Below, one piece after another: positions 54,820 to 64,000 of a stretch of DNA of 64,000 nucleotides. This DNA is from Vicugna vicugna (lineage: Eukaryota). Position numbers and translations under genes: made by a program. The stretch is from the NCBI GenBank assembly GCA_013265495.1, contig MU058198.1, positions 7,083,779 to 7,147,778 on the forward strand, given 5' to 3'. Position 1 is the first letter of the stretch. Each line of letters begins with the position of its first letter. The notes under the pieces are model-generated. The model searched no databases, was not told the origin of the DNA, and worked only from the letters and a program-made list of their open reading frames with translations.

Positions 54820-54924
54820 AAAAATATGAGACACTTCACCAACGTGCATGCCATCCTTACACAGCGGCCATATTAATCTTCTCTTTTTCTACAATTTTAG
54901 TATATGTGCTGCTGAAGTGAGCAC
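54820..54924 (-). pseudogene. U6 snRNA retropseudogene (full length, diverged)
   Basis: Minus strand gtgctcacttcagcagcacatatactaaaattg...gagaagattaatatggccgctgtgtaaggatggcatgcacgttggtgaagtgtctcatattttt; ACAGAGA box mutated; no PSE/TATA upstream. Confidence 0.93.
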
Positions 54925-55574
54925 CTGAAGCAAGTTATTTTACTTCTCTCTGCTTCTGTTTTCTCATCTTAAAAGAAAAGGTGATAGATGTACCCACCTC
55001 TTAGAGTTCACTCCAGAACACTGCCTGGTGCACGGTAAGAGCCAAGGAAATGTTTTTATACGATGAAGTGTGCACAAGTAAAACAACAGTCTCATGTTCT
55101 AAGGAGTGGCTCCATCCAGTGGAAATGAGAAAAATCATGAAGTTCCTAGTTATCCCTCATGCTGCCTCTGGTCCCCAGGTAGGCGTGGCAAGGTCCAAGC
55201 ACACCATGCTCGTAGGCAGCAGTGAGATGGGGCTTCTGGGGGCATGGGTGAAGCCCGCTTGAAGCATAAAATCCAGAACTCTGGTGTCAGTAACATTGCT
55301 TAAGCAGAAGTCTTTAAGCTTCAGCCAGGATGGGTAGCATGAGCATGGCAGGAGGAGAGGAGAGTCTCCCTGAAAAATTGTCTGCTCTGGTGTCCGCTGC
55401 TGATTCTTCCTTGCCTGAGGTTGGTGGCCTCTGCGTTTTGCCCGGGAGCCAGGTTCACTGTGGTACCCAACACTGTGGAGGGGGCGGTGTGGAGCTGTTG
55501 TTGCTGGAGGAGCGTTGAGTTCTGAGCAGAAAGTAAGAAGTAGATGAACTCAGCACTTGTAGATTGGGCCACCC

Positions 55575-56600
55575 ACAGTTCCTCAAAAAGTTACACACAG
55601 AATTACTATATAACCAAGAAGTTCTACTCCTAGGTATATATTGAAGAGAAATTGAAACATATGCCCCCACAAACACCTGTACCTGAATGTTCCTAGCAGC
55701 AGTACTTGTGATAGCCGAAGAGTGAAAACAGCCCCCATGTCCATCAGCTGCGAAACGGAGGAACAAAATGCAGCAGAAGCGTCCCCCGCCCTTCTGGACA
55801 GTTCACTTTACGCCACTTCGCTCTTACCGAAGACCTGCTTCAGTACGGGTTTCGCTGACCGGAAGAAATCCGAAGGCTTTCACTTTGACAATAAAAGGCA
55901 AAAAGTGAGAGTCGCGGTGTGTTCCTTTTGCAGCAAGTGGTTGCAGAGGCATGGAGCACCCCAAACACGGGAGTGTCACCGCCAAGCTCCTTCTGGGAAA
56001 ACGTCACTCAGCCTCTCAGCATCCAGCCACCATAGCTTTCAACTGTGCCTGTGAGCATCTGTGCTTTATCTCGATTTATTTTGTGCAGCTATTAGTAAGA
56101 TGTGTCCTAAGATCACTGCTTCTTCACTTTACACCATTTCAGCATATGGAGGGTTTCATAGGAATGCTCTACTCCCAGAGAGTGGGGAAAACTTGTGTAT
56201 CTATATGCTGGAATATTATTTATTCAGGTATTTTAAAAAAAGGAATGAAGTACTGACTCATGCTGCAACACGGATGAACCTTGAAACCATTAAACTATGT
56301 GAAAATGCAAAACATGAAGACCACATATTGCATGAATACATTTATATGAAATGTCCAGAACAGATAAATTCATAGAGAGCAGATAGTAGTTACCAGAAGT
56401 GGGGGTGTGGTGGGGGGAGGAGAGGAGGGGGAGTGACTACTAATGGGTATAGGATTTCCTTTTGGGGTGATGAAATGTTCTGAAATTAGGTAAGTGCTTA
56501 TGGTTGCTCAATCTTGTGAATACACTAAAAACTACTGAATAGCATACTTTAAAAGGTGAAATTTATAGAATGCAAATTATTGCTCAGTAGAAATAATAAT
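55575..56600 (+). mobile_element. Old L1M ORF2 end/3'UTR interrupted by a ~420-bp DNA-transposon-like insert (about 55771-56195)
   Basis: gttcctcaaaaagttacacacagaattac...ctcctaggtatata...; L1 resumes at ggaatattatt...ggaatgaagtactgac. Confidence 0.7.
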
Positions 56601-58969
56601 AAATAGATAAAGTTTGGCCTCCCAGTCTCACTACCTGTAGAAAGTGTGACAGTGATGTGTTCGGGATCCAGGTGAGACCCCTTGGCATGAAGACAGGAGT
56701 GCTAGAAGATGGTTGAATTTGGAGGAATGAGTTTTCTGAAACCTGAATACAAGTGAGTCCTCCAATTGGATCTCAGGTGATTAACAGCCCATGGAAATAG
56801 TAATCCTTTCAGATGAATGGGGCAGTGATGGCCAGGTATGTTGTGGAGGATATGAAGTTCAGTGTTTTCTTGAGAGCATTCATTTCCACCAAAATCAGGC
56901 TAAGAACTGGGTATGATCAGGCCCATTATCGATAGGAGTTGGGAAAGTTGTGGTCGCCTCTTGGGCCCTCCTTTCTCCTAGAAACATCTGGAGGGCTGCA
57001 GTGTATCACAGGGTGTAGGTTCAGGTGCTGGCCACTGAAAGCCTCAATCTGGAACATACTTCACTGACTTGCCAAGTGGCATCATGGCAGAGAAATGGGA
57101 CCGACAAAAGCTGCCATGTGGGCAAGAAGCCCCCAAGCACGCTCAGCTCAACTGATTGCCTCGACATCCATCAGGCCATTATCTCCTGATGGGGCTCAGT
57201 TCAGGGCTGCAGAGAACTGTTAAGGGGTAAGGATGGCCAGACTGGGCAGGCGGGATCCAAGCAGAAGTGAAGGAGGTACCTGGCACTCAGTTAGCAAGTC
57301 CTTTAGGCTGAAAGACAGCAGAATCCCAGAGGGTAGCTCACCAACCCCCCAAATCCCTGTTCCTTTGTGGCCCACATTCACTGACTGGAGAAGACATAGC
57401 CCAGAACTCCAGTTTTGCAAACACATGTTTCCCCAGAGAGGCTGCACTGCTGGGAAAGCCTGCTTCTTCCCCTCTCCTGTCTGACCGCTCCCCAAAGAAA
57501 TCAGACAGTTTTATCCAGGAAGCCTTCCTACTATTATGAAATATTACACAAATACAGAAAAATACAAAAAAGAAATGTTCTGTACGTAAAACTAGTTTTT
57601 ACTTACTACCTTTGAGTTATCTGCACCCCCAATCTAGTTGGAAATTCTGTTCTGCAATATAATTAACACACCTAGGATGATATAAATTAGCATTTTGGGG
57701 TTGCAGGTCACAGAAACCCAGCCCAAACTATTAAGCACAAAGAGACGTTTATTATAAGGACTCATGAACCCAAGGACAAGAATATAGCTGGGAATCTGGA
57801 AGGAACTAAAATCAGAGACTCAAACACCATCAGAAACCTCTTTTTCTCCAATACTCTTCTCTCAGTTCCCTGTGATGGGAGAGGGAACACTGACAGTTCC
57901 CAACTTTCACATCTAACAAATTCAGTTACCTGGAGACATTCAGTCTCACTTCCAAAATTCCAAGGGAAAGAACTAATTGGTCCAGCCTGCCTGAGGCACT
58001 CCACCCAGTAACTCATGGTTAAGGGAGTAGAGGGGGCTGACGTTGTAGGAATACAGCAGCTCTTACTGCCACCACTCAGAAAAGACAATTCCTCAAATAG
58101 TGGCACCAGTCAAGCAATCCAACAAGCGCCTACTGCAGGGCAGAAGCTATTTGACCCCTCAGAGGATACAGACTTAGGGCAGGGGGTCTCAACCTTGGCT
58201 ACACATTGAAATCACCTGGAAAACCTTAGCGATGACTGATACCTGGGACCCCCTGCCCCAGGAGATTCTGATTTACTTCATCTGAGGTGTGACTTCAGCC
58301 TCAGGCTTTAAAAAAAAAATCTCCCCAGGTGCTTCTAACGTGCACCCCAAGGTTTAGACCTGCTGGCTAGTGCTGTGCTTTTCAAACACTCACGTGCCTA
58401 CACATCACGGGTATCCTGATAAGATGCAGCTTCTGATTCAGTAGGTCTAGGCAGAGCTTGAGAGTTTGCATTCTGATGCTCTCCCGGGTGATGCTAACCT
58501 GGTCCACAGCCCATTCTGGGAAGCCAGGTTCTGTGCAGCACTGTCCAAGAGAACTTTCTGCGATGGCAGAAATGGTCTGCAGATGCGCTGTCCAATACAG
58601 TAGCCACTAGCTGCAATGTAATTAGCGGATTAATGAAATGAAATGTAATTAGTGAGACTGAAGAACTGAATCTTTTACTTTATTTTATTTGAATTAATTT
58701 GAAGAACCACATGTGGCTAACAGCTACTGAATTGGACAGAGCCCGTCTAGTGGATTTCAACCAGAGGGAGGGCATATCTGAATCACCTGCGGGATTACAA
58801 CCAACTCAGTGCTCTTGTGGCTGCCGAGTTCCTCCTCACCCTCCCCAATCCAGGCCCCAAGACAGTGTGATAGAATAGGGGTGCAGTGTGGGGAGAACAC
58901 GGATGAAGAGTGAAGGCCCCACAAGTGATTCTGAAGCACTGTCCTTGCTCACCTGGTGAGAACCATTGA

Positions 58970-59655
58970 CGTAGAATGTTCCGGATATCTATTTCCCTGT
59001 TACAAACCACCCTCAAACTTAGTGACCTAAGAAAGCAATGTTCATTTTTCTCATGAATCTGCATTTTGGGCAGGGCTGAGTGGGGATAGCTCATCTCTGT
59101 TCTACTTGGTGTCAGCTGAGGTGGCTTGAAGGCTGAGGCTGGAGTCATGTAGAAGGGAGCTCGCTTATGAGTTAGGGAGTTGAGGCTGGCTGTCAGCTGC
59201 AACCCTAGCTGGCACTTTAACCAGGGCACCTATTTGTGTCTTAAGCTTCTTCACACATGGTGCCAGCGAGAGAAAGAGAAGAAAAGGGAAAGAGACCAAG
59301 TCAGATGGGAACAACTCTATCCCTATTTTTAACCTAGCCTTGGAAGCCATACTGTCACTCCCACCATATTCTAGTCATTAGAAGTGACGGTGGGAAGGGC
59401 ATGGCTCAGCAGTAGAGTGTATGCTTGGCATGCATGAGGTCCTGGGTTCAATCCCCAGTACCTCCATTAAAATAAATAAACAAACCTAATTACCCCTCCA
59501 AAAAAACCAAACAAAACAACAAAAAGATAAAGATTTAAAAAATGGTTTGTTAAAAAAAAGTCACTAGCTAACCCATATTCAAGAGTCAGGGGATTAGATT
59601 CTACCTTTAACAGGAGGAGTGAAAAGGAATTTGAAGACATATTTTTAAACCACCG
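58970..59655. mobile_element. MLT1-like (MaLR) LTR
   Basis: acaaaccaccctcaaacttagtg...tctcatgaatctgc...gggcagggct...catatttttaaaccacc. Confidence 0.6.
59389..59557 (+). mobile_element. Vic-1-like SINE nested in the MLT1 LTR
   Basis: tggctcagcagtagagtgtatgcttggcatgcatgaggtcctgggttcaatccccagtacc plus tail. Confidence 0.85.
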
Positions 59656-60149
59656 CATACACTTAGAAACAAGGAGCACTCTGGGCAGAACTCTGCACAC
59701 AGCAGCGCATAGTCCAGCTGCCTTGTCTATGAGAAATCAAGTTTTGCTGGTACCAGGCACAGCCAGGCTCATCCCTGACTCCAAAATTCCAGCTGGAAGA
59801 CACCTCCCCAAAGGCCTGTTTTCTAGACTTCTGACCCAGAGGCTACCCTATTACACACTCTCCTTGAGTAACTTCCTGATTCCTTTTTTCAGAATTTCTT
59901 GAGTGGTGGTATGGGAGGAACTTAGGGGTCAGGACACCTGGGTTCTGATCCCAACCCTGCAGAAGCCTGTAAAAAAGAATGCAGGTTTATTTGGGAGTGA
60001 GGAGATTATAATAATTTTCTTCTCGATGTGTCAATTTTCTGTATTATTATTTAAAGTTTTCATTGTGGTCACAACGTTGTAAATCAACTATACTTCAGTA
60101 AGAAATGTTTTTTAAATTAAAAAAATAAAACTAAAAAAATCTAGAAAAA

Positions 60150-60167
60150 ATAAAGTTCTCATTGTGG

Positions 60168-60205
<38 letters not shown>

Positions 60206-60830
60206 CTACACACACACACACACACACACACACCATAAAACTTATCATTTTAACAATTTTAAGTGTACAGCTCAGTAGCATTAAGTATATTCACATAGTT
60301 GTGCAACTATCACCACCATCCATCTCCAGAACATTTTCATCTCCTCAAACTGAAATTCTATACCCATTAAATACTAACTTCCTATCCCTACTTCCCCCAG
60401 CCCCTGGCACCCACCATTCTACTTTCTTTCTCTATGAGTTTGACTATTCTAGGAACTTTATGTAAGTGGAATTATACAGGATTTGTCCCTTTGTGACTGG
60501 CTTATTTCACTTGGCATAATGTTTTCAAGGTTCATCCATGTTGCAGCGTATTTCAGAATTTCCTTCCTTTTTAGGCCTGAATAATATTTTATACAGAATA
60601 TAAATACTATGTTATATATTTTATATATACATATATATATCGCATTTTGTTTATCCATTCATCCATCAATGGACAGATGAGTCGTTTCCACCTTTTGACT
60701 TCTGTGAATAACACTGCTATAAACATCAGTATGAAAATATCTGTTTGAGTCTCTGCTTTCAGTTCTATTGCACAATGTAGACATATAATTGCTGGATCAT
60801 ATGGTAATTCTATGTTGAATTTCTTGGGGG
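60150..60830 (-). mobile_element. Old L1M 3' fragment with (TA)n(CA)n microsatellite at about 60175-60232
   Basis: acaattttaagtgtacag...catctccagaacattttcatc...gctggatcatatggtaattctatg. Confidence 0.75.
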
Positions 60831-61050
60831 AACCAGTTAAAACTTTTTAAGCCTTTCTGTAAGTGATGAAAGACAGTTAAGAATCAGCCAGTTTGATGCC
60901 TTAGGAACAAAAAAAATCATGTCTGATCTTTCTGGTTTTCAATAACGTTTACCCCTCTAGTGCTTTTATTTTTTTAAAGACTAATTACAAGAGAACATAC
61001 ATAACAATTTTCAGGTTTTATTTATTTGAAATTTCTTTTAAAAATAAAAC

Positions 61051-62356
61051 TTTTTCATGTGCCTATTGATCATTTATGTTTCTTCCTTAGAAAATTGCTT
61101 CTGCCCATTTTTGGATTGGGTTGTTTGTGTTTTTCTTATTAAGTAGTAAGCTGCTTGTATATTCTGGAGATCAAGCCTTTGTCAGTTTCATCTTTTGCAA
61201 AAATTTTCTCCCATTCCTTAGGGTGTCATTTTGCTTTGTTTATGGTTTCCTTTGCTGTGCAGAAGCTTGTAGGTTTAATTAGGTCCCATTTGTTTATTCT
61301 TGCTTTTATTTCTATTGCTTGAGTAGACTGCCCTAGGAGAACATTTTTGACATGTATATGAGATAATGTTTTGCCTATGTTTTCTTCTAGAAGGTTTATT
61401 GTATCTTGTCTTATGTTTAAGTTTTTGATCCATTTTGAGTTTATCTTTGTGTATGGTGTAAGGGAGTGCTCTAGCTTCACTGAAAAAAATGCTCAATATC
61501 ACTAATTATCAGAGAAATGTAAATCAAAACTACCATGAGGTGTCACCTCACACCAACCAGAATCGCCATCATTCAAAAGTCCACAAATAACAAATGCTAG
61601 AGAGGCTGTGGAGAAAAGGGGACCCTCCCACACTGCTGGTGGGAATGCAGTTTGGTGCAGTCACTGTGGAAAACAGTATGGAGATTCCTCAAAAGACTAG
61701 GAATAGACTTACCATATGACCCAGGAATCCCACTCCTGGGCATATATCCAGAAGGAACCCTACTTCAAAAAGACACCTGCACCCCAATGTTCATAGCAGC
61801 ACTATTTACAGTAGCCAAGACATGGAAACAGCCTAAATGTCCATCAACAGATGACTGGATAAGAAGATGTGGTATATTTATACAGTGGAATACTATTCAG
61901 CCATAAGAACACAACATAACGCCATTTGCAGCAACATGGATGTCCCTGGAGAATGTCATTCTAAGTGAAGTAAGCCAGAAAGAGAAAGAAAAATACCATA
62001 TGAGATCACTCATATGTGGAATCTAAAAAAAAAAAAACCATAAATACAAAACAGAAACAGACTCATAGACATAGAATACAAACTTGTGGTTGCCAAGGGG
62101 GAGGCGGGTGGGAAGGGACAGACTGGGAGTTCAAAATTTGTAGATACTGACAGGCATATGCAGAATAGATAAACAAGATTATACTGTGTAGCACAGGGAA
62201 ATGTATACAAGATCTAGTGTTAGCACACAGCGAAAAAGAATGTGACAATGAATGTATGTATGTTCATGTATAACTGAAAAATTGTGCTCTATACTGGAAA
62301 TTGACACAACATTGTAAACTGACTATAACTATAAAAAATGTTAAAAAGAAAAACAT
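61051..62356 (+). mobile_element. Young 5'-inverted LINE-1 (61051-61480 minus; 61481-62356 plus)
   Basis: ORF2 peptides LTPYTKINSKWIKNLNIR (minus) and [29 protein letters not shown] (plus); 3'UTR and A-tail; TSD aaaaataaaa(c/t)tttt. Confidence 0.9.
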
Positions 62357-64000
62357 AAAAATAAAATTTTTATTGTCATAAAAACATATAACAGAAAATT
62401 TACCATCATAACCATTTTTAAGTGTCCTGTTCAGTGATATTAAATTAAGTTCAGGTTTTATTTTAAGGCCTATAATCTCATTCAATTCTAATCTCATCAG
62501 GTTTCTGCATATGTCATAAGGCCCAGAGCCTTAAGACTCTTTCTTCCACTTACTGCCACCCCCTGTCACACTTTGTGCGCCTTCTGGCCATCCCTCAAAA
62601 CCTCTAGGACAAAGCAATCTGAGTCAGGCTACCCTTGTGACCATCTTTTGTAAGACACTAACATTTCAACATATTTTTGTAGCCTTTCACATTAAATGGC
62701 TGTCATTTTGCAAAACAAAATGTTAACACACCTAGGAAGAATTGTGTTGTACAGGTGGCTTGCCACACCAGGAATTTATGCCTGTGTTTCCCCAGTCCTC
62801 AGACATATGTGAGATGTGTGACTTAAGGCCCAACACCGACCTTTTAGGGCTTCCCTGTCATCAGCTTTCAGTGAGTGAGCCAAACTAAACAATCTCTGAA
62901 AGGCCTCCAGTCTAGGAGCTGAGATGCTCTGTCACACCCTGGCCCCAGGTTCCTCCGACCCTAAGCACCAAGAGAAAGACCAGATGGCAAATGTCTGTTG
63001 TCTTGGAGACGGGCCTCAGCCTGTTTTTTAGCCTGGATCCTTCCTAGAGACCTGACATTTTTTGCTACCCAAGCCTCACCTCACAGATATTTTCCAACCA
63101 AAATTGAGGCTAAATGGTCTGAAGACAAGGAGATATACATTCACGAAAAGCATGGAGAAGGTGGGACAAGCAGGAAGGCGCGGTGGGGCAGGTTGCAGGA
63201 GTGGGTTTGGTGGGGCCCAGTGCGCACAGCAGGGGCAGGGAAACCGCCTGGGAGTAGGCAGAGCGAGGAGACTTGGTGCTCTGGACGGGCCAGAGTCTCT
63301 TTCTTGACCTCCGAGTGCATGTTGGGCCTGGGGCCTGGCTATGGGGTGACACTGAGCTCAACAGAGCCACTGCCCATTCCGGCCCCACCTCTTGCCAGGA
63401 AACGCCTCCCCACCGCAGTGACCACATCCCCCCAGGTTGCCTTGGAAACATTCCACTGGGGTGCTGGGGGACCCAGGGCACGGTTGCTCAACAATAGGTG
63501 GTGCCCTCCTTTCCGCCCTCATCAGAGACAACTGCCCTGCACCCTCTGCTCACACAGGGAAGAGCAACTCCAAAGTTGAGCCAGAAGCCCGGGGACTGAC
63601 CGAGGTGAGGTAGGGAGTGAGGCAGCCGCTGCAGGTGTGGGACCTGGGGGGACAGAGAGAGGCGGGCAGAGACAAAGCAAAGCTGGAGAGGCAGGGACAG
63701 GTGCAGAGGTGACACCTGAGACCCGGCACAACAGCAAGCTTGGGGGAGCCTCAGAGAGCAAGCCCAGCTCCAAGGGGAGTTGTTGGGGGAAGCAGCATCC
63801 AGGGTGCCAGCCGAGGTGGCCGGGAGCGGGTCACACACACGGGGGCCGGGCTGGACAGGGAGGCTCTCATTTCCTCACCCAGCACTTCCTCTTCCAAGCA
63901 AGACCTAAGGGACTGAGACAGAAGGAAAGAAGCCCTTGGGGCCCTTTTGTCTGAGGCACCCTAGAGTCTGAGAGGGAAATGGAGCATCCAGAAAGGGGCT

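Noticed and set aside
56770..56850. Minus-strand peptide AITAPFI*KDYYFHGLL, faintly like ZG16 PITALRVRVNTYYIVGL
   Set aside because: Spacing differs, there is no splice donor where ZG16 has an intron, and the flanks do not match; probably chance. The wider 55100-57250 unique-looking sequence remains unassigned.
62998..63579. 193-aa plus-strand ORF near the right edge
   Set aside because: Non-ATG start and no similarity to C16orf54 or any protein I recognise.

Overview
Mammalian genomic DNA, very probably a camelid (four copies of a Vic-1-like tRNA-derived SINE), syntenic to human 16p11.2. Five protein-coding genes lie head-to-tail on the minus strand. From right to left: KIF22 (14 exons, 664 aa), MAZ (5 exons plus an alternative zinc-finger exon; 478/495 aa; 491-N assembly gap upstream of the ATG), PRRT2 (348 aa), PAGR1 (254 aa) and MVP (non-coding exon 1 plus coding exons 2-13; the 3' end runs off the left edge). 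I checked the coding exon boundaries by hand for GT-AG and frame continuity. The right 17 kb is mostly repeats (L1, L2/MIR, MER, MLT, SINEs, a U6 retrocopy). I see no convincing new biological system. The best leads are: no recognisable ZG16 at its expected syntenic position; a U6-LTR chimeric retrocopy; a poly(A)-less internal L1 fragment with a 15-bp direct repeat; an altered MVP exon-2 acceptor that can create a junction uATG; a GC-donor MAZ exon placed to escape NMD; and a broken PRRT2 c.649 C-run. Human comparisons are from memory and need checking by alignment.
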